A DNA stretch of 64,000 nucleotides from Candidatus Omnitrophota bacterium (GTDB lineage Bacteria > Omnitrophota > Gorgyraeia > Gygaellales > Profunditerraquicolaceae), in NCBI GenBank assembly GCA_026387455.1, contig JAPLLR010000043.1, positions 9,683-73,682 of the forward strand. Reading direction: 5' to 3'. The translations under genes were made by a program, and so were the position numbers. This document shows positions 27,285 to 36,362 of this stretch, one piece after another (within the stretch, counting starts at the first letter, position 1; every line of letters begins with the position of its first letter). The notes below the pieces were generated by a model. The model ran no database searches and was not told the origin of the DNA. It saw nothing but the letters and a program-made list of their open reading frames with translations.

Positions 27285-28090
27285 GCGAAGCCGTTAAAAT
27301 TGATCCTATTATATCTTTGCGCAATGTTTCTAAGTCCTTTCAGGGGAATAAGATCATTGATAATGTTAACCTTGATATTTATCCCGGAGAGACATTTGTG
27401 ATTATGGGTTGTTCCGGCTCGGGCAAGAGCACGCTGCTACGCTTGATGACCGGGGCATTGCGCCCGGAGGAGGGCAGTGTCCTGATCAAGGGTAAGGATA
27501 TCGCAAGTATTTCCGAGGCCCAGCTGGATGAGGTAAAAAAAGGTTTTGGCATGACCTTTCAGTATTCAGCGCTGCTGGATTCGCTTTCTGTAGAAGATAA
27601 CGTTGCCCTTCCCATCAAAGAGCACACTAAATTAGCCGATGAGATCATCGATATTATTATTAAGATGAAGCTTGCGCTGGTGGGTTTACGCGGATACGAG
27701 AAGTATCTTCCTTCACAGATATCAGGCGGTATGAGAAAGCGTGTCGGCCTGGCGCGCGCCATTGCATTGGACCCGGATATAGTATTTTACGATGAGCCGA
27801 CTTCGGGGCTTGATCCGGTAGTAGGTGGCGTGATCGACCATCTGATTAAGGACCTGAGCGTCAAGCTTTGCATTACTTCCGTCGTGGTGACTCACGATAT
27901 GCAAAGCGTATTCGCCATCGGTGACAGGATCGCCATGGTGCATAAGGGTAAAATCGTCGAAGTAGGTACACCGGATGAGATCCGTAATTCTAAGAATCCT
28001 TACATTCAGCAATTTATAAACGGCAAGCCGGAAGGCCCGATAGATTTTTTTAAGGAAGATATAGGTATCATCCAGGCTTTGGGATTATAA
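27281..28090 (+). CDS. mlaF: Mla-type ABC transporter ATP-binding protein
   Basis: Walker A GCSGSGKST, signature ISGGMRKRVGLARA, Walker B IVFYDEPTSGLD. Start at the ATG at 27281 overlapping the mlaE stop (ATGA). Confidence 0.85.
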   Translation: MSEAVKIDPIISLRNVSKSFQGNKIIDNVNLDIYPGETFVIMGCSGSGKSTLLRLMTGALRPEEGSVLIKGKDIASISEAQLDEVKKGFGMTFQYSALLDSLSVEDNVALPIKEHTKLADEIIDIIIKMKLALVGLRGYEKYLPSQISGGMRKRVGLARAIALDPDIVFYDEPTSGLDPVVGGVIDHLIKDLSVKLCITSVVVTHDMQSVFAIGDRIAMVHKGKIVEVGTPDEIRNSKNPYIQQFINGKPEGPIDFFKEDIGIIQALGL

Positions 28091-28132
28091 GTGAGGGCAC
28101 AATTTATGGAGTCCAATGGATGGGCGACATAA

Positions 28133-28172
28133 GGCCCTTCCTAATTGGATAGGAAGGCCTACCCCTGTGGGG
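28133..28172. repeat. Dispersed short palindromic repeat unit (GGCCCTTCCT...ATAGGAAGGCCTACCCCTGTGGGG)
   Basis: Near-identical to units at 44427-44512; internal hairpins CCTTCC/GGAAGG and CCCC-TGT-GGGG. Confidence 0.6.
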
Positions 28173-28284
28173 CAAATTGTATGCCCGAACTTACCCCTGC
28201 AGCTACAAGAAAAATTTTAGGGCAAAGCCCACAAATTTTTCGAAGTGTTTAGCTGCAAGGGGTACAATACTAGTGAGGGTTACT

Positions 28285-28929
28285 ATGAAAAAGGCAAATT
28301 TCAATAATGAGTTTAAGGTGGGGTTATTTGTGGTATTGTGCCTGCTTGGTCTGGGGTATCTGATATTCTCAAGTAATAAGTCCAATATAAAAAAGGGCGG
28401 CTATAATATCTACGTTGTATTTAATGATATCGCCGGACTTGAGGAAAAGGCTCCGGTGATGCTTAACGGCCTTGAAGTGGGCAAAGTCGACGACATTGAT
28501 ATCCTGTATGACGAAGCCGGTACCGCGATTACCCTTAAGCTGTGGCTGGATGATAAGGCAAAAGTGCGTGAGGACGGGGTGGTTTCCATAAAGACCCTTG
28601 GTTTAATGGGTGAGAAATTCATCCAGATATCTTCTGTCGGCAATTCGGAGTTCTTAAAGCCCGGCGCAAAGTTAACGGGCAAACCTTATATGGATATTGA
28701 CGCGCTTTTGGAGCAGGCCCAGATCATGACTAAGAATATCTCGACTGAGGTGAGTAAGCTGGTAGTCAATTTAAACAGCACTGTCGAGGGTAATAAGGGC
28801 AACGTGTCTCAGATAGTTAAGAATCTTGAGGCTACTTCAAAGAATTTCGAAGAGTTTAGCGATGATATCAAACGGCATCCTTGGAAACTTCTGATGAAGA
28901 CCAAGGAAAAACCGCCGGCGAAGAAATAG
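28285..28929 (+). CDS. mlaD: MCE-domain periplasmic substrate-binding protein
   Basis: N-terminal TM helix then an MCE domain. Start moved to the ATG at 28285 with SD GTGAGGG; the ORF track start at 28177 lies in the repeat-containing leader. Confidence 0.8.
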   Translation: MKKANFNNEFKVGLFVVLCLLGLGYLIFSSNKSNIKKGGYNIYVVFNDIAGLEEKAPVMLNGLEVGKVDDIDILYDEAGTAITLKLWLDDKAKVREDGVVSIKTLGLMGEKFIQISSVGNSEFLKPGAKLTGKPYMDIDALLEQAQIMTKNISTEVSKLVVNLNSTVEGNKGNVSQIVKNLEATSKNFEEFSDDIKRHPWKLLMKTKEKPPAKK

Positions 28930-29079
28930 TTTACTAGTTATAAGGGTATTACTCAGAAGTTGAATAAGCACAATCTTCTGACTGTCTATTACACCTACCG
29001 GCAAAATACCTCTAATGATCTTTTCGAGTGGTATTCAAAAATTATGTATAACTGCGGTTGGCAGTATATTTCCTAACCG

Positions 29080-30999
29080 ATGAAATTCCTTAAAACTATT
29101 CCTTTAAAGATCTGGGTCATCAGTGCTTCGGTCCTGATGATTTTCTTTTTTTCATGGGGCAGGACTTTTAACAATTACGAGTCCATATCTTATGATCTGC
29201 GCTTTAAACTCCGTCCGGTTTTAAAGGTTAGCCCCGATATCGTCATTGTCGAGATCTCTGACGATACCCTTAAGAGACTGGGAGAATGGCCGCTTTCCCG
29301 GGATTTTCACGCCAGCCTTATTGATGTTTTAAAAGAAAAAGGCGTGCGCATGGTGGTTTTTGACGTGCTTTTCAGCGAGCCTGCCGTTTATGATGATGTC
29401 TTGGCAAAATCCATTAAAGATGCCGGGAATGTGTACATGGCGGTGGCGTTAGAAAATCCGCAAGGCAGAAGTTTTCCTTTAAAGAGCAGCACAGTAATCG
29501 CGGACCTGCGTGACACCTTTAGGGAATCCTGCGTGGGAGTGGGTTATATTAACGCGGATATCGATCCCGACGGCAAGGCGCGCAAGGTGCCGCTCTTCAT
29601 AAAATGCGAAGGAAGTCTTTATCCGCAGCTTGCGCTTAAGGTGGCCGGGGATTGGCTGGGCCTTGATTTGAATAGCGCGGTCTATAAAAGAGGCAGGATC
29701 GTTATCGGGGGAAATTATTCCCTTCCGGTTCTACCGGAAGGTTCCTTTATGGTCAATTACCCCGGCACATGGAGCTCAACCTTTAGGCATTTATCATATG
29801 TAGAAATCCTTAAAGCTTATACTGACGAGAAGCAGGGTATCAAGCCGCAGCTTGATTTATCTATCCTTAAAGATAAAGTCTGTTTTGTCGGCCTTACCGC
29901 TACAGGTACTTCCGATATCAGGCCCAATCCGCTGGAGAATCTCTATCCTATGCTTGGGCTACAGGCAAGCGTCTTAAACAGTATTTTGACTAGTAGGTTT
30001 ATCACGCCTGTGGGATTATTCCTGAATACGTTTATTAATCTGCTGGTTTTTGCGTTAAGCCTCTTTATTTGTTTACGTTTCGCGCCCTTAAGAGCTTTTT
30101 GCTCAAGCATTATTTTAGGCAGCGTCTATTTTATTTTTGCTGTTACTGTTTTTGTGTTTTTCGGCTTCTGGGTAGATCTGTTTTTGCCGCTTTTTATCAT
30201 TGCGCTTACCTATATTGGTTCAACAGCTTATCGCTTTTTTAACGAAACCAAGAAACGCCAGCTTCTGGAGAAAGAGCTGGATATCGCGCGGGCTATTCAG
30301 AAGAGCTTCCTTCCTAAGGATATAAAAGAGTTTTCCGGAATAACCGTGTCCAGCTTCATGCAGCCGGCGAAATTCGTTGCTGGAGACCTGTATGATATCC
30401 TGACGGTTAAAGATAATAAAGTGGGCGTATTTATCGGAGATGTCTCGGGCAAAGGTGTGCCGGCGTCGTTGATTATGGCCCAGACTATTTCGTTATTTCG
30501 GGTGTTCGCCAATCAGTATGATTTCGCGCATGAAGTATTAAACCGCCTGAATAAAGAATTATACGGTAGGTTTGAGGGAAGGTTTGTCACTTGTCTTTAT
30601 ATGATCATCGACTCGCAGGCAGGTAAGGTGCAGGTTTCTTCAGCGGGACACTCTCCGGTTCTGGTTTACCGTAAGGGCGGCAACGCGGTTTTAGAGATCG
30701 AGCTGGGGGCAGGAATGCCCTTGGGGGTAATGGATGAAACGGAATATGAAGACGTCGCATTTGATCTAAGGCCCAACGACAAGGTCATGGTTTATACGGA
30801 CGGTCTTTCCGAGGCGCGCAACCGCCAGTCCCAGGAGTTCGGATCCGAGAACGCAAAAAGAATATTTTTCGAGCATGGAGACGCTTCTTCTGATAGAATA
30901 TTAGGGGTGACAAAGGAAGCGCTCAGCCGTTTTGCAGCCGGCGCGCCGCAGCATGACGATATCACTATTATCGTGCTGGCGAATCTAAGGAAGAGTTAA
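29080..30999 (+). CDS. CHASE2 sensor-domain PP2C/SpoIIE-type serine phosphatase
   Basis: N-terminal TM plus a periplasmic CHASE2-like region, several TM helices, then RAIQKSFLP...GDLYD...GDVSGKGVPASLIMAQ...HDDITII phosphatase motifs. Confidence 0.8.
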   Translation: MKFLKTIPLKIWVISASVLMIFFFSWGRTFNNYESISYDLRFKLRPVLKVSPDIVIVEISDDTLKRLGEWPLSRDFHASLIDVLKEKGVRMVVFDVLFSEPAVYDDVLAKSIKDAGNVYMAVALENPQGRSFPLKSSTVIADLRDTFRESCVGVGYINADIDPDGKARKVPLFIKCEGSLYPQLALKVAGDWLGLDLNSAVYKRGRIVIGGNYSLPVLPEGSFMVNYPGTWSSTFRHLSYVEILKAYTDEKQGIKPQLDLSILKDKVCFVGLTATGTSDIRPNPLENLYPMLGLQASVLNSILTSRFITPVGLFLNTFINLLVFALSLFICLRFAPLRAFCSSIILGSVYFIFAVTVFVFFGFWVDLFLPLFIIALTYIGSTAYRFFNETKKRQLLEKELDIARAIQKSFLPKDIKEFSGITVSSFMQPAKFVAGDLYDILTVKDNKVGVFIGDVSGKGVPASLIMAQTISLFRVFANQYDFAHEVLNRLNKELYGRFEGRFVTCLYMIIDSQAGKVQVSSAGHSPVLVYRKGGNAVLEIELGAGMPLGVMDETEYEDVAFDLRPNDKVMVYTDGLSEARNRQSQEFGSENAKRIFFEHGDASSDRILGVTKEALSRFAAGAPQHDDITIIVLANLRKS

Positions 31000-31002
31000 G
31001 CG

Positions 31003-31782
31003 ATGGAAAAGAAGGACCCGCGCGTAATTGAGAAAAAGGCTTACGATTTTTTAGTCGAGTCAAAATATGAGGATGCTTTTCACGCTTTTCGCGAGGCAGG
31101 TGATCTTTACAGCGCGGCAGGCAGCCATAAAGAGTCGTCGCTATGCTTCTCTTCCGCGGCAAGCTGTTGGGCGTTGAGGCAGGGGGAGAAGGTGCTCCAG
31201 AACGCAGCTATCTCCTACGAATCGGCGGCATCTGAGGCGGAGAAAGCGGGGGACTATGAGTATGCTTCATTACTGTACCGGTACGCCGCGATTAATTACG
31301 AGAAAGATATGGAGTTCGCGAAGTATTCGGAATGCTTCTTTGCTTCAAAAGAATCGCAGCGCAGGTACTTGATGTTCAGTGTTTTTAATCCTAAAAGGAT
31401 CCATAATATAAGCACAGGCAAGGGTCATAAGTGGACTCATAGTATTATAAAGCGCACCTATCATTGGTTGGGCCTGACCTTTGCGGCTATGCTTTGGGGG
31501 CATGGTGAGCGACCGATGAGGACGTTTTTATTCGCCATCTTTATAATCTTTGCAATGGCGTCTTTGTATACGTTTGGCAGGCTGGAGGCTGATAATGAGG
31601 TGTTTCGGCCCAACATTTTTAGCGCGATGTATTTCAGCGCTATAACTTTTACTACTGTAGGTTATGGGGATATCAATCCAATAGGCCTTACCAGGGCTCT
31701 GGCCATGGTTGAGGCGTTTTGCGGAGTTTTTATTACCCCGCTATTCATTGTCGGTATGTCCCGTAAGTATCTAAGGGTCTAG
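31003..31782 (+). CDS. Potassium channel (two-TM pore domain) with an N-terminal cytoplasmic helical domain
   Basis: Selectivity filter TVGYGD in ITFTTVGYGDINP, flanked by TM helices. Confidence 0.8.
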   Translation: MEKKDPRVIEKKAYDFLVESKYEDAFHAFREAGDLYSAAGSHKESSLCFSSAASCWALRQGEKVLQNAAISYESAASEAEKAGDYEYASLLYRYAAINYEKDMEFAKYSECFFASKESQRRYLMFSVFNPKRIHNISTGKGHKWTHSIIKRTYHWLGLTFAAMLWGHGERPMRTFLFAIFIIFAMASLYTFGRLEADNEVFRPNIFSAMYFSAITFTTVGYGDINPIGLTRALAMVEAFCGVFITPLFIVGMSRKYLRV

Positions 31783-31872
31783 CCCAGGAAGGGCAGACCT
31801 TTCTACCCTATAAGAAAGGGTCTAGCCCAGAAAGGTCTAGTCGGTCTAAAAAGAATTATAAAGATTTTATTT

Positions 31873-31900
31873 GACTAAGGCACTAATTGTGTTATACTTT
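31873..31900 (+). promoter_or_regulatory. Sigma70-like promoter (TTGACT - 16 nt - TATACT) for rplM-rpsI
   Basis: Hexamers read from the sequence about 80 nt upstream of rplM; the leader contains a CCAGAC...GTCTGG hairpin. Confidence 0.45.
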
Positions 31901-31980
31901 ACCACCTATTGGCCCAGACAGGCTGAGCAGAGGGGCATAGGGCGTCTGGTGAGCTTTATTTATAAGCTAGGATTGTAAAA

Positions 31981-32415
31981 ATGAATAAGACATACGTTGC
32001 TAAAAAAGGTGATATCAAGAGAGAGTGGTTTATAATTGACGCCAAGGATAAGATTCTGGGCAGGGTTGCGGCAAAAGTCGCGGTAATATTGCGCGGAAAG
32101 CATAAGCCGATATTTAGCCCGCACCTTGATACCGGAGACGGCGTAGTGATCATTAACGCCGCCAAGATTAGGGTAACGGGGCGAAAGATGTCCCAAAAGG
32201 TTTACCGCCGCTATTCGGGTTATCCGGGCGGTCTTCGCGAGGTGACTTTGGAAACTCTTTTGGCCAAAAAGCCAGCGACAGTGATGAGGTTGGCAGTCAG
32301 GCGCATGCTTCCCGGCGGGCCGTTGGGCAGGCAGTTACTTAAAAAATTAAAAATATACGCGGATGATAAGCACCAGCAGATAGCGCAGAATCCGGTAGTT
32401 CTGGAGTTTAAGTAA
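31981..32415 (+). CDS. rplM: 50S ribosomal protein L13
   Basis: MNKTYVAKKGDIKREWFIIDAKDKILGR is a typical L13 N-terminus. Confidence 0.95.
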   Translation: MNKTYVAKKGDIKREWFIIDAKDKILGRVAAKVAVILRGKHKPIFSPHLDTGDGVVIINAAKIRVTGRKMSQKVYRRYSGYPGGLREVTLETLLAKKPATVMRLAVRRMLPGGPLGRQLLKKLKIYADDKHQQIAQNPVVLEFK

Positions 32416-32434
32416 AGAAAGGGTACATTAATTT

Positions 32435-32830
32435 ATGGAACAGGCAACAAAATTCTCAGCAATCGGAAGACGTAAAGAATCAGTGGCACGGGTGCAGCTT
32501 TTGCACGGTAAGGGCACTATCACGGTCAATTCTTTGCCTTACAACAAATATTTCTTAAGGGAAACTGACAGGATTATTGTTACGCAGCCTTTGGTATTGA
32601 CCAATACCGGGACCAAGTTTGATGTGGTAGCTAATCTTAACGGTGGTGGTCTTACCGGACAGGCGGGGGCAATTCGTTTGGGGATATCCCGCGCATTGGT
32701 CATGGCTGATTCTGAGCTAAAGGATATTCTGCGTAAGAATGGCTACCTGACCCGCGACCCGCGCGCAAAAGAGCGCAAGAAGTACGGTCAGAAAGGCGCT
32801 CGCAAACGCTTCCAGTGGACGAAACGTTAA
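32435..32830 (+). CDS. rpsI: 30S ribosomal protein S9
   Basis: [10 protein letters not shown]...C-terminal [11 protein letters not shown] is typical of S9. Confidence 0.95.
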   Translation: MEQATKFSAIGRRKESVARVQLLHGKGTITVNSLPYNKYFLRETDRIIVTQPLVLTNTGTKFDVVANLNGGGLTGQAGAIRLGISRALVMADSELKDILRKNGYLTRDPRAKERKKYGQKGARKRFQWTKR

Positions 32831-32873
32831 AGGATAATTAAAGACGTAGCGTCAGAAAAACTAGATTTCGATA

Positions 32874-32906
32874 AAAATCCCGCTGGAAAGAGCGGGATTT
32901 TTTATT
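32874..32906 (+). terminator. Rho-independent terminator after rpsI
   Basis: AAAAATCCCGCT-GGAAAG-AGCGGGATTTTTTATTT, a perfect 8-bp stem plus a T-run. Confidence 0.8.
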
Positions 32907-32933
32907 TGCTGCCTTGATTGAGTATTTGTTTAG

Positions 32934-33226
32934 CGTCTGTCTTGTCCTGTTTCTCGCGGGCTATTGTTTAGCGGGTCCTGCCTTGGCTTGTCCTGCGCGC
33001 GGCTTTTGCCGTGCTCGGATCAAGCCAAGTCACCCGCTAAACCTACCGAGCTAATTTCTTCAACTGGCGGTAGGCTTGGCTTGGTTTTGAGCAGGGCATG
33101 GAAGCCCCGAGCGGGCATGGTTCGCCCGCTATTACATACCAGGCGAGAGCGAGGGGCTGGAAATGAGTGCAGTTTTGCCACGCCGGGGCAAAACAAACGT
33201 CCCTGCGAGAAACAAGACAAGCCGAC
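32934..33226. other. GC-rich (about 58%) highly structured intergenic element, a candidate ncRNA of unknown class
   Basis: Nested long-range complementarities (32936-32960 with 33201-33226; 32972-32984 with 33041-33053; 32990-32999 with 33031-33040) and local hairpins; protein ORFs in it are unconvincing. Confidence 0.4.
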
Positions 33227-33289
33227 CAGCCATGAGATTTGGCGAGACGCTGGATAGCAATATTTAATTAGTATTATCGACGAGAAATT

Positions 33290-33318
33290 ACTTGACTGCC
33301 GACGGATTTTACACTATT
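33290..33318 (+). promoter_or_regulatory. Sigma70-like promoter (TTGACT - 17 nt - TATTAT) for the arg operon
   Basis: Near-consensus hexamers about 30 nt upstream of the argC SD GGAGAAAAT. Confidence 0.55.
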
Positions 33319-33346
33319 ATGAACGATATATCTTAATGGAGAAAAT

Positions 33347-34360
33347 ATGACCATCAATGTAGGAATAATCGGGGCGACGGGGCATACAGGAGAAGAACTG
33401 ATAAGTGTTCTTCTTAAGCATCCTAATGTTCGGATATCAAGGCTCTATAACACAAGTGATGAGCCCCATAAGATTTCAGATGTTTTCCCTCAATTTAAAG
33501 GTCGGTGTGAGCTCGTCTGCTCAAAGCCGGATATGAAGGATATCGCAAATCATTGCGATCTCGTATTCCTGGCTTTGCCGCATACTGTTTCCATGAATTT
33601 CGCGCCCAAGATTCTTAAGCTTGGCAAGAAGGTCATTGACTTGAGCGCAGATTATCGGCTGAAGAACATAAAGGTATTCGAGAAGTTTTATCATGCTAAA
33701 CATAAAGACGCGGCTAACCTTAGGAATGCGGTTTACGGAATACCTGAGCTTTACAGGGCGAATATCAAGAAAGCGAAACTTGTGGCTAATCCGGGGTGTT
33801 ATTCGACTTCAGCGATTCTGGCGCTTGCGCCGTTGGTTGCCCTTGGTTTGATCGATAAGGAATCGATTATTATTGACGCTAAGTCCGGCGTATCTGGCGC
33901 GGGAAAGAAACTTGAGAAGGGGCTGCTGTTTCTAGAGGTGAATGAGGATTTCAGGGCGTATAAAGTAAATACCCATCAGCACATGCCTGAGATAAGCTCT
34001 ATTCTTACTAGGCTTGCGGGTAAAAGTGTCAGCGTTACTTTTGTGCCGCATCTTTTGCCCCTGCAAAAAGGCATCTTGAGCACTATATACGTCAGGAAAA
34101 TTGGCAGGACGCAGAATCTGGCTAACCTTTACAAGAAGTTCTACAAGAATGAGCCTTTTGTGCGGATAAAGAAAGAAGGGGAGTTTCCCAGGCTCAAGGA
34201 TGTTGTGGGCACGAATTTCTGTGATATCGGGATCAAGGAAGACACAAAGAGCGTGATAGTGATCTCTGCGATCGACAACCTATTGAAAGGCGCCTCGGGT
34301 CAGGCTGTACAGAACATGAATATCATGTATAAGTTCCCTGAGACCACAGCGTTGCTGTAA
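33347..34360 (+). CDS. argC: N-acetyl-gamma-glutamyl-phosphate reductase
   Basis: VGIIGATGHTGEELISVL NAD-binding N-terminus and catalytic Cys in NPGCYSTSAILAL. Confidence 0.95.
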   Translation: MTINVGIIGATGHTGEELISVLLKHPNVRISRLYNTSDEPHKISDVFPQFKGRCELVCSKPDMKDIANHCDLVFLALPHTVSMNFAPKILKLGKKVIDLSADYRLKNIKVFEKFYHAKHKDAANLRNAVYGIPELYRANIKKAKLVANPGCYSTSAILALAPLVALGLIDKESIIIDAKSGVSGAGKKLEKGLLFLEVNEDFRAYKVNTHQHMPEISSILTRLAGKSVSVTFVPHLLPLQKGILSTIYVRKIGRTQNLANLYKKFYKNEPFVRIKKEGEFPRLKDVVGTNFCDIGIKEDTKSVIVISAIDNLLKGASGQAVQNMNIMYKFPETTALL

Positions 34361-35497
34361 ATGAAGGTATTTATTAAAGCTCTGCTTCCCAAGAAATTCA
34401 AGGCAAATGGAATCGCCTGTGGTCTGAAGAAATCCGGTAAGCTTGATCTTGCGCTGTTTTATTCCGAGATCCCTGCAAAAGCATCCTGTAAATTCACCAC
34501 TAATACTGTTCAGGCGGCACCTCTTAAGATAAGCAAGCAACACCTTGCCAAGGGCAAAGTGTTTCAGGCGGTGATTGCCAACTCCGGGAACGCTAATTGC
34601 CTTACCGGGGCTGCCGGGTTAAAGGACGCAATGGACACCACTAAAGCTGTTTCAAAGGCTCTGGGGATCAAAAAAGAGCGGGTATTGATCAACTCTACCG
34701 GAGTCATCGGAAAAAGGCTTCAGATTTCAAAGATCATTGACGGCATTCCGCAGCTGGTTAGCGGATTATCCATCGAGGGGATGGATAAGGCAAAGAAGGC
34801 GATTATGACCACTGACCTTTTTGCCAAGGAAATCTCTGTTAAGCTAACTCTTGGCGGTAAAGTTGTGACTGTCTGCGGCGTAGCAAAGGGCGCGGGAATG
34901 ATCGCGCCGAACATGGCTACGATGTTCGCTTTTATATTTACCGATGCGAATATTTCGCAAGGAGCTTTAGATAAGGCTTTGAATTTATGCGTGTCGGTGA
35001 GTTTTAACTGCATTACGGTGGATGGTTGCATGAGCACTAACGACAGCGTAATGATCCTGGCAAACGGCTCAAGTGAAAATAAATTAATCAGTGGCGGTAA
35101 AGATCTTGTAGGTTTTACAAATGCGCTTAATATCGTCTGCCTTGAGTTGGCTAAGATGATCGTCAGGGACGGCGAAGGAGCTACTAAATTTATTCAGATC
35201 ACCGTAAATAAGGCAAAGAGCGTGCCCCAAGCTAAGATAGCTGCTTTAGCTATAGCTAACTCAAATCTTTTTAAGACCGCTGTTTACGGAGAGGATCCGA
35301 ATTTCGGTAGGATTGCCGCGGCAGTGGGGGCAAGCGGCGTGGACATGAAGGAAGATTCGTTTAGGATTAAGGTGAGTCCGCTTAATAAAAAAGATATAAC
35401 AGTAGAGGTATTTTTGAATACAGGCAGCGGCCGGGCGACCGTTTATACGTCTGATCTGACTCCGGAGTATATCAAGATCAATGCGGAGTATAATTAG
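34361..35497 (+). CDS. argJ: Bifunctional ornithine acetyltransferase / N-acetylglutamate synthase
   Basis: ArgJ-family length and motifs including the autoprocessing region ATMFAFIFTDA (Thr nucleophile context ATM). Confidence 0.9.
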   Translation: MKVFIKALLPKKFKANGIACGLKKSGKLDLALFYSEIPAKASCKFTTNTVQAAPLKISKQHLAKGKVFQAVIANSGNANCLTGAAGLKDAMDTTKAVSKALGIKKERVLINSTGVIGKRLQISKIIDGIPQLVSGLSIEGMDKAKKAIMTTDLFAKEISVKLTLGGKVVTVCGVAKGAGMIAPNMATMFAFIFTDANISQGALDKALNLCVSVSFNCITVDGCMSTNDSVMILANGSSENKLISGGKDLVGFTNALNIVCLELAKMIVRDGEGATKFIQITVNKAKSVPQAKIAALAIANSNLFKTAVYGEDPNFGRIAAAVGASGVDMKEDSFRIKVSPLNKKDITVEVFLNTGSGRATVYTSDLTPEYIKINAEYN

Positions 35498-35507
35498 AGA
35501 GGAAAAG

Positions 35508-36362
35508 ATGGAAGAAGCGATCAAGAAGGCGGAAGTTTTAATCGAAGCGTTACCTTATATAAAGAAATTCCATAAGAAGGTCATTGTGATCAAGTATGGT
35601 GGTAGTATTTTGGGTGATGAGAAGATCCGCCGGGGTGTTCTCGAGGACATAGTTTTTCTTAATTTCATGGGCCTGGAGCCGGTGTTGGTCCATGGCGGCG
35701 GCCCGAACATAAGTGATCGCATGCGTCAGAGCGGTAAGAAAACTGATTTTGTGGACGGGATGCGTGTTACTGACGAGGAGACGTTGGTCGTCGTCGAGGA
35801 GGAACTTAAGAGCCTTAATGATCTGATCGTTAAGGAAATCAATGAACTGGGGGCAAAGGCTGTAGGATTAAACGGCAAGGATCATCAGCTGGTGCAGGCT
35901 GATAAGAAGAAGGGCAAAGTAGACCTCGGGCTGGTGGGGCAGATTTCAGGCATAAACACTGAACCTATTTTAAATGAGTTAAAGAGAGACAGGATCCCCG
36001 TTGTGCTTCCCATGGGCGTAGGCAAGGACAAGTTGACTTATAACGTCAATGCAGATGAGGCAGCTTCACATATTGCTGTGGCATTAAAGGCGGAGAAATT
36101 TGTTTTGTTGACCAATGTAAAAGGGATCATGCGTAATCCCGATGACCCGAATTCATTTCTTTCTACGCTGACCACCAAAGAAGCAAACGGATTGATGGAG
36201 AATAAGGTAGTGCAGCAGGGTATGATCCCCAAGGTCAAGGCTTGTATTGACGCGCTTGAGGGAGGGGTAGGCAAGACCCACGTGGTGGACGCTCGCACGC
36301 CGCATGGATTATTGCTTGAAATATTCACCAACCAGGGCGTGGGGACAGAGATCGTAAAGTAA
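35508..36362 (+). CDS. argB: Acetylglutamate kinase
   Basis: VIKYGGSIL...LVHGGGP amino-acid-kinase motifs. Start at the ATG at 35508 with SD GAGAGGAAAAG (track start 35481). Confidence 0.93.
   Translation: MEEAIKKAEVLIEALPYIKKFHKKVIVIKYGGSILGDEKIRRGVLEDIVFLNFMGLEPVLVHGGGPNISDRMRQSGKKTDFVDGMRVTDEETLVVVEEELKSLNDLIVKEINELGAKAVGLNGKDHQLVQADKKKGKVDLGLVGQISGINTEPILNELKRDRIPVVLPMGVGKDKLTYNVNADEAASHIAVALKAEKFVLLTNVKGIMRNPDDPNSFLSTLTTKEANGLMENKVVQQGMIPKVKACIDALEGGVGKTHVVDARTPHGLLLEIFTNQGVGTEIVK

Noticed and set aside
32934-33226. Tested whether the structured element is RNase P RNA, tmRNA, SRP RNA or 6S RNA
   Set aside because: None of the signature sequences I know is present (RNase P GGAAAGUCCGGGCUCC or ACAGAACCCGGCUUA; tmRNA tRNA-like ends or tag ORF; SRP domain IV GGAAGCAGCC). 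Left as unknown class
32964-33257. 97-aa + ORF and 66-aa - ORF inside the GC-rich intergenic element
   Set aside because: Ala/Arg/Gly/Pro-rich low-complexity translation typical of GC-rich non-coding DNA, no SD, overlapping each other; the region is better explained as structured RNA
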